From a virus (Duplodnaviria > Caudoviricetes): a stretch of 59,030 nt of DNA. Of this stretch, positions 47,974 to 55,738 are shown piece by piece (position 1 is the first letter of the stretch; every line of letters starts with the position of its first letter). Location of the stretch: the IMG/VR virus record IMGVR_UViG_3300030406_002145, positions 1 to 59,030 of that record; one strand, given 5' to 3'. Under the pieces are notes generated by a model. That model was not told where the DNA came from and ran no database searches. It worked only from the letters and a program-made list of their open reading frames with translations. The translations under genes were made by a program, and so were the position numbers.

Positions 47974-49580
47974 TTAGTATCATATGTTCTTGCCATAGTT
48001 ACAATAGCATTAGTGCTTAGTATGGTTACCGCTACAGATACTGCGTTCTGTAATGCGTTCTTAGTAACTTTCATAGGGTCTATCACTCCAAGACTTATTA
48101 GATTACCATACTTCTCTTTCTTCACATCATAGCCATGACCCTTAGCCATGTCTTTACTATATATAGCAGAATGCTCTAGTCCTGCATTGTCTAGTATTTG
48201 TTCTAGTGGAGCACTAATCGCTTTAGTTAAAATTGCGTCAGCAATTTTTTGGGAAATATTTTTAGCATCTTTTAAACATTTGTCTGTTGATAACTGATGC
48301 AATGCTCTACCTGCCCCTGGCAGTATCCCTTCCTTCATCGCTGACCTAACGGCACAGACCGCATCATCAACTCTGTCGTATAGTTCTTTTTGCTCTAGGT
48401 CTGTTTTGCCTCCTACATATATCACACCGATGCCTCCCGTTAGTGATGCTATCCTTGACATGATAAACTCACGCTCTACTTTGTCTGATGACAACTTGTG
48501 TGCACCCCACAGCTCCTCTACTCTTTTATTTATCTCGTCATTGTCCTTCTCCTCTGACGAGAGAATAATCGTTGAGTCTCTTCCAACTATCACCTTGGAA
48601 GCTCTACCCAAATCAGGGAAGTCTATTATACTCAAATCATCTCCCGTCTTTTCAGAGAAGTATGTTGAGCCTGTAGATAAAGCAATGTCTTGCATTAGCT
48701 CATGTTGCTTGTAACCGAAGTTGGGAGGAGGTATCACACATATCTTCAATCCCCGCTTCATAACATTAGCCGCTAAAGTATTTAATACATTCTGCGAGCA
48801 TGGTGCTATAATTAGTAATGACTTATTCTCAGCAATCACAGGCTTTAGTATGTTCTCAATATTTAATATGTTAGTTATCTCTGCGTCCGACACAAAGACA
48901 TATGGGTTCTCAAGGATGCACTCATCCTTCTTGTGGTTGTTAACAAACAGTGGATTTGAGTATCCTCTATCTACCTTAACACCCTCCGTACTCTCAAAGT
49001 AGGTGTTGTGAGTCTTAGACTTCTCCACCGTCACAATACCGTTGTCACCAACACTATTATATACATCTGCAATGATTGAGCCTATCACATCGTCATTGTT
49101 AGCACTGATTGTCGCAACTTGTTTAACCTTTGAAGAGGTGACAGGCTTGCTCATCTTCTTTAACTTATCCACCACCTTGTTAGTAGAGTTTACTAGTTCT
49201 CTTAAAACTTCAGTCTTATTACAGTTAGGATACTTCTCCATAACCTCAAGTGCTGACTTTACTAGTGCCTCAGTCAGAACAATAGCTGTGGTAGTACCAT
49301 CACCGGCTGAGGTAGCTGTCCTATCAGCCGCCTCCTTCATCATACGCACCGCTATATTCTCAACAGGGTCTAGGAGTTGAATAGACTTAGCCACAGTCAC
49401 ACCATCCTTTGTTACCGTTAAACTATGGGTATGCTCTGGCGACTCAATGATAACTGTGTTACCACGAGGTCCTAAGGTTGACTTAACTGCTTTTGAGATT
49501 TTTTCTATACCGCTTATTAAGCGTGAGCGACCTTCAGGTCCGAAGTTCAACTCCTTGGGGGTGTATCCTGTTTGATTCAT
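47970..49580 (-). CDS. groEL: Chaperonin GroEL
   Basis: TLGPRG, TKDGVTVA, GDGTTTA, DRVDDA, GVIDP; no GGM tail. Confidence 0.97.
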   Translation of the reverse strand: MNQTGYTPKELNFGPEGRSRLISGIEKISKAVKSTLGPRGNTVIIESPEHTHSLTVTKDGVTVAKSIQLLDPVENIAVRMMKEAADRTATSAGDGTTTAIVLTEALVKSALEVMEKYPNCNKTEVLRELVNSTNKVVDKLKKMSKPVTSSKVKQVATISANNDDVIGSIIADVYNSVGDNGIVTVEKSKTHNTYFESTEGVKVDRGYSNPLFVNNHKKDECILENPYVFVSDAEITNILNIENILKPVIAENKSLLIIAPCSQNVLNTLAANVMKRGLKICVIPPPNFGYKQHELMQDIALSTGSTYFSEKTGDDLSIIDFPDLGRASKVIVGRDSTIILSSEEKDNDEINKRVEELWGAHKLSSDKVEREFIMSRIASLTGGIGVIYVGGKTDLEQKELYDRVDDAVCAVRSAMKEGILPGAGRALHQLSTDKCLKDAKNISQKIADAILTKAISAPLEQILDNAGLEHSAIYSKDMAKGHGYDVKKEKYGNLISLGVIDPMKVTKNALQNAVSVAVTILSTNAIVTMARTYDTK

Positions 49581-49603
49581 TTTAATTTGATTTAATTATT
49601 ATG

Positions 49604-49611
49604 CAAATATA
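49604..49611 (-). promoter_or_regulatory. Bacteroidota -7 promoter of groEL-groES
   Basis: TATATTTG upstream of an A-rich leader. Confidence 0.6.
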
Positions 49612-49633
49612 AAAATAATTTTTAAACCTACAC

Positions 49634-49795
49634 TGTGTCGGTTATGTTATTTTATACACACCCTACTGTGTATATATATATTATATCTATATTAAAAAAA
49701 TTATCCTGTAAAATATCTAATCAAAATCGACATTTTCGACACTGTCCTTGATTATCAGTTAGTTAGCTATCTATTTTCGACACTAAATCGACACT
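49634..49795. promoter_or_regulatory. Origin-like element B
   Basis: TGTCG at 49636; CGACA at 49728, 49737, 49778, 49789; TATCAGttagTTA at 49753-49765; same spacing as element A. Confidence 0.6.
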
Positions 49796-49895
49796 AATAA
49801 TGTCAATAATTAACACTAACTTTGTAATATGACTATTGAGATTTCAAATTACCTATATATACTTATAATGATTTTTATGTTTCTGTTGGGACTAT

Positions 49896-49922
49896 AAAAG
49901 AAAAGGGAGCATATAGCTCCCT
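49896..49922 (-). terminator. Intrinsic terminator
   Basis: AGGGAGC/GCTCCCT stem with a T-rich tail on the - strand. Confidence 0.7.
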
Positions 49923-49949
49923 AATCCCACATCAAACAAAAGAATATAT

Positions 49950-50189
49950 TTATACCATAGAGTTAATCCCCTTAAAAGGGTCATCTAGTTTTTCGCTAGA
50001 GGCTAAATTAACTGCATTATTTTTCATATACTTTCTACCTAAAGCATTACGATTACTTACACTTGTATTGCCGTTAGCAATATTCATGCCTACATTATTC
50101 TTAATAGCCATGTTTTGTATATCCGGCTCTTCAATAGGATTCACACTCATCGCAGGTGAATTGCCATACATGTTCTTATCCATTGCCAT
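49950..50189 (-). CDS. Hypothetical protein
   Basis: ORF coupled to 50189..50389. Confidence 0.65.
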   Translation of the reverse strand: MAMDKNMYGNSPAMSVNPIEEPDIQNMAIKNNVGMNIANGNTSVSNRNALGRKYMKNNAVNLASSEKLDDPFKGINSMV

Positions 50190-50389
50190 TAGTCAAATAA
50201 TTTATTTAGTTTGTTTGCAAGCTCAGCAGTCATCTTTCTTTGCTCTGCTAATTCAATACCACTTGCAATGTCTCTTACTTGCTTAGAAGACTTGAGTTCG
50301 TTTCTAAGTCTAGCTGCCATAGCAATACCCGACTCACCATCAGGTCTCATGTTTAACAGCCTACCATCTTTGATTTCTAATCCGTCCAT
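50189..50389 (-). CDS. Hypothetical protein
   Basis: GLEIKDGRLLN.RP; promoter TATCTTTG at 50406-50413. Confidence 0.7.
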   Translation of the reverse strand: MDGLEIKDGRLLNMRPDGESGIAMAARLRNELKSSKQVRDIASGIELAEQRKMTAELANKLNKLFD

Positions 50390-50803
50390 AGTTTATAGTT
50401 TTATACAAAGATACAAAAAATTATGAGATACACAGACTGTTTGGGTTATATGCTGTGTCACGCACATTGCCCCTCGCACAAAACTGTCTTTTTTTTTAGG
50501 GGGGGAGTGTCGTTTTTGTTGTGCTAGTGCAGATTTTTTTGACTTTTTGTGTGTGTACCGGTAGACATCTGTTAAATATGTGGTAGTGTGTACACCTATA
50601 CACCTTTATACACTCTTAAATCGCACTAAATAAGCCTTATTTAGCGTAAATATGTATGGAGAGAGAAAGAGAGAGAGCGTAACATCCCCATCCAACGAAA
50701 CCAACACAAACTTTTTTTGGGGACATTTGTAGGTTGTAATTGATTGATTTACAGAGTAAAACCTAAAAAAAGCTCTAAAATGACAAAAAAAATTAATATT
50801 GAG

Positions 50804-50834
50804 TTTGTAATATTGAGAATTAATCGTAATTTAG
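50804..50834 (+). promoter_or_regulatory. Early promoter (-33/-7)
   Basis: TTTG-N19-TAATTTAG. Confidence 0.55.
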
Positions 50835-50875
50835 TCAAAGATTAAACAAATAGTAATAACTAAAATTTAAAAATT

Positions 50876-51475
50876 ATGAGAAATTTATTAACAATTGAGA
50901 GCGATGCATTACTACATCCTGAGCTTATCAACGGATTACAAATCATTAAAATCAATACCATTCAAAGAGCCGTATCCAAGAACGAGATGTCCAAGATTAA
51001 CAATTCAAGAAAGCTATCCAAGATTATGCTCGAGTCATACGAGTATTTCAAAACAAGTGGTAAATCAATCTTAGCAGAACTAGGTGTGTTTTGGACGGCA
51101 GAAGACTTTGGTCAAAAGATATTTGGCTTCAAGAAGTCATACTTTATGAGGATGATTAAGTTTGGTAAGCTAACAGATGAACAAGTCATTGAGTTTACTG
51201 ACAAGTGTAAAGAACTGATTGCAGAGGGCGAGAAGCCATCCATATCTGTACCGAGCTGTTTAGACTACATCAAGCAACAAAACCAATCAGATGGTGGAGA
51301 AGCTACACCAAGACAAACTGAATCAGTTGTTCTTCAGTTGAAATTTATGGGTAAAAAACTCAAGGTAACGGGTGATGGAGATGCTCCCACAATCAAAACT
51401 GATTTTGACTCTGATGATATGGAGGAGTTTAACAGACTGATGGAGATTGTTCAGTCATATATCGGTGACAGATAA
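50876..51475 (+). CDS. Early hypothetical protein
   Basis: First ORF of the + arm; A-rich leader. Confidence 0.75.
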   Translation: MRNLLTIESDALLHPELINGLQIIKINTIQRAVSKNEMSKINNSRKLSKIMLESYEYFKTSGKSILAELGVFWTAEDFGQKIFGFKKSYFMRMIKFGKLTDEQVIEFTDKCKELIAEGEKPSISVPSCLDYIKQQNQSDGGEATPRQTESVVLQLKFMGKKLKVTGDGDAPTIKTDFDSDDMEEFNRLMEIVQSYIGDR

Positions 51476-51502
51476 CCAAGCGAGGTGTACACATGTACAC
51501 CT

Positions 51503-51555
51503 CTCTGTCTCAAGGTGTGTGCCTTGACTGATGAGTACAAAAGTACGAAACAGAG
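51503..51555 (+). ncRNA. Hammerhead ribozyme, type III (HH1)
   Basis: CTCTGT-C / TCAAGG tgtgtg CCTTGA / CTGATGA / GTAC aaaa GTAC / GAA-ACAGAG; GUC site, predicted cut after 51509. Confidence 0.93.
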
Positions 51556-51577
51556 TAACTAAATAAAATTTAAAAAT

Positions 51578-52645
51578 ATGAGAAATTTAAACAACGGTAT
51601 TGATTACACACCAATACCCGATAACTATCCTAGAACTGAAATCCATGGATGGCATGGTACTAAAGGATGGGACAAAGACCTAGCCAAAGGGGGCAAAAGA
51701 TATGATTTAAGAGGGTTTACAAGAGCCACAATCAACAAGAATCTAATCACTTATGCAAATGACACCTATGAGTCAAAGTACAAGATAGGGTTTGAGGTTG
51801 AGAAGAATTACTTTCACACCTCTTTGGATTCAAGAAGCCAAGATGTAGGTAAATTATTAGAGTTATTCAGAGGGTACGAGACTGATGGCTCTTGTGGAGT
51901 TGAAGCCGTAACAAACATCTTACCACTATTACCGAATGGTATATGGAGAACTAAAGTGTATGATATGATGCATCAAGCAGAGACCATATTGGATGATAGA
52001 TGGAGTGGTTCAGATTCTCGTTGTGGTGGTCACATTAACCTATCGGTAGTTGGATGGAGTGGTGAAAGATTATTCAAAGCTATACGAGAGTTTAGTGGTT
52101 TGATACAATCTCTGTATCGATTGAGGTTATACAGAACAGAGTACCATATTCGTAATATTGGAGAAGATTTCTGTAATCAGAATATGAATATGATATGCCC
52201 AAGTTCAGAAGATTACTCGATATCATTAAAAGCATTAAATAGTGGTTTGCAGAGGTCAATACCAGGCTCAAGATATAACTTTTGTAGTCAGTATTCCAAT
52301 CGTATTGAGTTTAGAGTCCCTCCAAGAGTGACATCTGTAAAGTGTCTGATGCTCAGATACCAATTGTTCTATGAGTTGGTTGACTTTGCAGTAACCTACG
52401 AGGGCAGAGTTACACCACAGACTCGTAAGAAGTTCTACAACAAGGTTAGACCAATCATTCTTGATATGTCTGATGGTAATGTGGACAAGGCAAGAACAAT
52501 CATATCAGATGCAAGATACTTTCAACAGTTCATTGACACCAAGGGGGATTTCAGAAACAATGCAGTAATCAAAGCATTCATTAATCCTACAAGACAAGTG
52601 GACAGGGACAGAAGAAAGAGATGGTTGAATGGGGAGTGGAGATAG
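51578..52645 (+). CDS. Putative amidoligase (COOH-NH2 ligase, glutamine-synthetase-like fold)
   Basis: GFEVE, DGS..VE, CGGHINL, IEFR motifs. Confidence 0.75.
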   Translation: MRNLNNGIDYTPIPDNYPRTEIHGWHGTKGWDKDLAKGGKRYDLRGFTRATINKNLITYANDTYESKYKIGFEVEKNYFHTSLDSRSQDVGKLLELFRGYETDGSCGVEAVTNILPLLPNGIWRTKVYDMMHQAETILDDRWSGSDSRCGGHINLSVVGWSGERLFKAIREFSGLIQSLYRLRLYRTEYHIRNIGEDFCNQNMNMICPSSEDYSISLKALNSGLQRSIPGSRYNFCSQYSNRIEFRVPPRVTSVKCLMLRYQLFYELVDFAVTYEGRVTPQTRKKFYNKVRPIILDMSDGNVDKARTIISDARYFQQFIDTKGDFRNNAVIKAFINPTRQVDRDRRKRWLNGEWR

Positions 52646-52657
52646 CACTCCCCCAAA

Positions 52658-52716
52658 GTTACTCTGATGAGGATTCAATATCCGAAAGTGGTCAGAATAC
52701 CTGACTACTAAGTAAC
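52658..52716 (+). ncRNA. Hammerhead ribozyme, type I (HH2)
   Basis: GTTACT / CTGATGA / GGAT tcaat ATCC / GAA-AGTGGTCAG aatac CTGACTACT-A / AGTAAC; CUA site, predicted cut after 52710. Confidence 0.92.
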
Positions 52717-52743
52717 AATAATAACTTTTAAATAAATAAAATT

Positions 52744-52947
52744 ATGAGAATAAAAATAGAAGATTACTATGGGAATGATATAGTGGAATTAAATGTTAAA
52801 AAATTAGATAATAACAAATATGAGGATAATATATTTCACCGAAACAAGATTGATATTATAGAAACAGATGAATATAATATAGCAGATGTAGATGAAGATG
52901 AGAAAGGAGAGTATTTAAGAATACAACTAAGTAACAATAAAATTTAA
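52744..52947 (+). CDS. Small acidic early protein
   Basis: Shared leader TAAATAAATAAAATTATG. Confidence 0.7.
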   Translation: MRIKIEDYYGNDIVELNVKKLDNNKYEDNIFHRNKIDIIETDEYNIADVDEDEKGEYLRIQLSNNKI

Positions 52948-52965
52948 AATTAAAAATAATTAACT

Positions 52966-53178
52966 ATGAAAAATAAAATAACCTACGATGACACAAGAGA
53001 CATCGCAATAAGAATTATTGAATTTCTTTTAGATAAGCACTATCTAAGTGAAGATAAGCATATCCAAATGGAGTTGGACGACGAGTGGGATTTTTATCTC
53101 CAAGATGGAATACAAGATAAGATAAATGATGTACTAGGATTAGACATCGATGATAAATTTGAAATAACAATTAAATAA
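52966..53178 (+). CDS. Small acidic early protein
   Basis: Paralogue-like to 53259..53414. Confidence 0.7.
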   Translation: MKNKITYDDTRDIAIRIIEFLLDKHYLSEDKHIQMELDDEWDFYLQDGIQDKINDVLGLDIDDKFEITIK

Positions 53179-53258
53179 ATAAAAATGATTATAATAATAA
53201 CAATTTTAAATATAATAACTAAAACAATATTAAATATAACTTTTAAAAATAATTAACT

Positions 53259-53414
53259 ATGAAAGCAATTTGGAATCAAAAAATTGATAATACTACTGAA
53301 AAAATAACAGATAACATTTTAGATTATTTGTTGGACAATGGGTATATAACAAAAAATATAGATGAGGGGGAGAATATATACTCAATAGTGAGTAAAGAAT
53401 TAAAAAAATTATAA
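53259..53414 (+). CDS. Micro-ORF, 51 aa
   Basis: Hand-translated MKAIWNQKIDNTTEKITDNILDYLLDNGYITKNIDEGENIYSIVSKELKKL. Confidence 0.65.
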   Translation: MKAIWNQKIDNTTEKITDNILDYLLDNGYITKNIDEGENIYSIVSKELKKL

Positions 53415-53443
53415 CTATAAATAACAATTAAATAAATAAAATT

Positions 53444-53563
53444 ATGGAAAAAGAAAAATGTAAATTTTGTGATAGCAAAGAATTAGTTTATCATCAGTAT
53501 ATAATATGCGACTATTATTGCGAAGAATGTGGAGAGTGGCAAAATGGAGAAACAATTAAATAA
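53444..53563 (+). CDS. Micro-ORF, 39 aa, Zn-ribbon
   Basis: CKFC...CEECG; shared leader. Confidence 0.7.
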   Translation: MEKEKCKFCDSKELVYHQYIICDYYCEECGEWQNGETIK

Positions 53564-53571
53564 TTAAAACT

Positions 53572-53751
53572 ATGAAAAATCAATTAAACATAAAAGAATT
53601 ACAATTAATACAAGATTTAATTGTTGATTGGAAATTTAACAGAGATGTTTTGAATCAATTACCCATATCAGATGACAAAAAAGATTTGTTAGATGAAATA
53701 GGCGAAAAATTATTAAATCAAATAAGACAACAAAAAAAATTAAAACTATGA
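53572..53751 (+). CDS. Micro-ORF, 59 aa
   Basis: MKNQLNIKELQLIQDL...; shared leader. Confidence 0.65.
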   Translation: MKNQLNIKELQLIQDLIVDWKFNRDVLNQLPISDDKKDLLDEIGEKLLNQIRQQKKLKL

Positions 53752-53921
53752 AAATATACAGACAATATAAAGATGAAAATACAAGTGAACAAGTTAGTGT
53801 AGAAACATTCTTGCATTATACTGAGGGCAGTGGTTTTTGGGAAAAAGGCACTGCATTAGAAACATTAAAACAATCCGGTGTTATACACACAAGTTTTGCA
53901 ATATACAAACTAAATAAATAA
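53748..53921 (+). CDS. Micro-ORF, 57 aa
   Basis: MKIYRQYKDE...EGSGFWEKGTALETLK; ATGA-coupled. Confidence 0.65.
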   Translation: MKIYRQYKDENTSEQVSVETFLHYTEGSGFWEKGTALETLKQSGVIHTSFAIYKLNK

Positions 53922-53925
53922 AATT

Positions 53926-54051
53926 ATGGACACAATTAAAGAATTAAAAGAATTAGTATCTCTTTTTAAATACAGAGAACGATGTACCAACGATAGTATA
54001 ATAATGGTGGGTGATTTAGAAAAATTAGAAGAATTGATAAATAAATTATAA
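53926..54051 (+). CDS. Micro-ORF, 41 aa
   Basis: MDTIKELKELVSLFKY...; shared leader. Confidence 0.6.
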   Translation: MDTIKELKELVSLFKYRERCTNDSIIMVGDLEKLEELINKL

Positions 54052-54055
54052 AATT

Positions 54056-54211
54056 ATGGACAAGTTAACAAGACAGTTGTTTAAACTAAAATCTTTAGAG
54101 TTGAGGAATGGAACATCTCCGTTCCTCGCTCAACAAATGCAAAAGGTCAGAGACAAGATTGATGCACAAAAAGAGTGTACACGCGTACACCTTAACAAGG
54201 TTTGTAAGTGA
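54056..54211 (+). CDS. Micro-ORF, 51 aa
   Basis: MDKLTRQLFKLKSLELRNG...; contains a palindrome copy at 54175-54190. Confidence 0.6.
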   Translation: MDKLTRQLFKLKSLELRNGTSPFLAQQMQKVRDKIDAQKECTRVHLNKVCK

Positions 54212-54248
54212 CTGAGTATCAGTGAAGTGCAAACTTTTTTCAAAAAGA

Positions 54249-54280
54249 TTTGGTGGTTAAATTTATTTCACTTATCTTTA
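54249..54280 (+). promoter_or_regulatory. Early promoter (-33/-7)
   Basis: TTTG-N20-TATCTTTA. Confidence 0.6.
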
Positions 54281-54583
54281 CAATGTTTTTAAATTTTTCA
54301 TGTGGTGTGGTGGTTGACAAATGAGATTGAGTTCTCGCCATCACACCATCTACTAAATAAAATTTTGCCTAACAATCCTTAGAGTGATAAATATAGTGTA
54401 CACCATTAGGAACTTAGAGTTTATGGAATGTTGCTTAGCTACCAACAGGAAGTAAATGCTCAATACAAAGTTAAAAGAAATTTTATACTAAAGACAAGGC
54501 ATAGTTCAAAGACATCATAGGGGTTGATGTTGAGGACTGTGCCTTTGTTCGTTTATAGAGGTCATAAAAAACTTTCTCTAAAA

Positions 54584-54615
54584 TTTGGATATGTCTAAAT
54601 TTTGTCTTATCTTTG
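54584..54615 (+). promoter_or_regulatory. Early promoter (-33/-7)
   Basis: TTTG-N20-TATCTTTG, full Bacteroidota consensus. Confidence 0.75.
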
Positions 54616-54673
54616 TGTAATACTAACCGAGTTCTACCTCTCAGTTATAGAGGTTGCTCACAAAATTTATACT

Positions 54674-55738
54674 ATGTGTATTATAATAATCAAACAACAG
54701 AAGGACAAGAAAGTCCACAAGCAAACATTAAAAAATTCATCTCGTATCAATCCTCATGGGTTGGGGGTTGTGTGGTTAGATACCTTTGAGGTTACCTACC
54801 ACAAGTCAAATGAGTATGCCATCTTACATACTGAAAGACCATTCATTGCTCACTTTAGATATGCTACCATCGGCAAGGTAAACAGAGAAAACACACATCC
54901 CTTTGTGTGTGGTAATAATTCTGATGAGTTGCTTATGATGAACGGAACGATTCGTAATCTTGGTAATGACACTATGTGTGATAGTAAAGTTCTCGCACAC
55001 TCTCTCGGCAGAGTCAAGCGACAGAATTGGAAAAGCGAGTTGGCTAAGTATGATTGTAGGTTTACTACTATCAACACTCGTACTAGGACATTTCAAATCT
55101 ACAACAAAGAGTTGTGGACAAAAAAGAATGGTGTGTGGTACTCTAAGCCAAATGTACTTATGGACAATCTCGTTGCAGTGTATGGTACATTGAAGAAAGG
55201 TTACAATAATTACAATTCTTATCTAAGAAGAAGTGTATACCTTGGGGGCGGTGTTACTACGGACAAGTATCCTCTTATAATAAGGGGGTTGCCTTATATG
55301 GTAAATCAAAAAGGTATGGGACACAATGTTGAGGTTGATGTGTTCAAGGTGTCTGATGAAGTTCTTGAAAACCTTGATAGGTTAGAGGGGCATCCGGAGT
55401 GGTACAAGCGAGAAAAGGTTGAGATAAATGTAAAGGGCAAGGTGCTATCTTGTTGGGTTTATTTCAATCCCATAGACATCTCAGGTGCTATTGAGTTTCA
55501 CAAAACCTACACACAACAAACTTCTATACCATCATACACTCCTACTGATTATGATTGGAGTCAACACACCTTTGACTTTGATGATGATGATGATGACTCA
55601 TCTATGATTGTTGAGGATGGTAAGCCATACTGTGTGGAGTGCTTCAATGAATTAGAGAACGATGGATACGATAACTACTGTTGCAAGGGTTGTCATAGTT
55701 GGTATACTCAAAACCAAATAAATAACTTAAATTATTAA
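54674..55738 (+). CDS. Class II glutamine amidotransferase fused to gamma-glutamylcyclotransferase (AIG2-like) and a C-terminal Cys cluster
   Basis: MCIII (N-terminal nucleophile Cys), HG.G, HFRYAT.G, NTHPF, NG; VYGTLKKG, LDRLEG; CxxC...CxxC; start moved to 54674. Confidence 0.88.
   Translation: MCIIIIKQQKDKKVHKQTLKNSSRINPHGLGVVWLDTFEVTYHKSNEYAILHTERPFIAHFRYATIGKVNRENTHPFVCGNNSDELLMMNGTIRNLGNDTMCDSKVLAHSLGRVKRQNWKSELAKYDCRFTTINTRTRTFQIYNKELWTKKNGVWYSKPNVLMDNLVAVYGTLKKGYNNYNSYLRRSVYLGGGVTTDKYPLIIRGLPYMVNQKGMGHNVEVDVFKVSDEVLENLDRLEGHPEWYKREKVEINVKGKVLSCWVYFNPIDISGAIEFHKTYTQQTSIPSYTPTDYDWSQHTFDFDDDDDDSSMIVEDGKPYCVECFNELENDGYDNYCCKGCHSWYTQNQINNLNY

Noticed and set aside
52720-54060. CRISPR array or integron attC array
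   Set aside because: Repeats are irregular AT-rich leaders separated by ORFs; no palindromic repeat, cas gene or integrase
54602-54673. N-terminal extension of the GATase ORF
   Set aside because: Overlaps the promoter; class II GATases need Cys at position 2, which gives a start at 54674
55578-55597. GAT trinucleotide repeat
   Set aside because: Encodes a poly-Asp linker; no sign of phase variation
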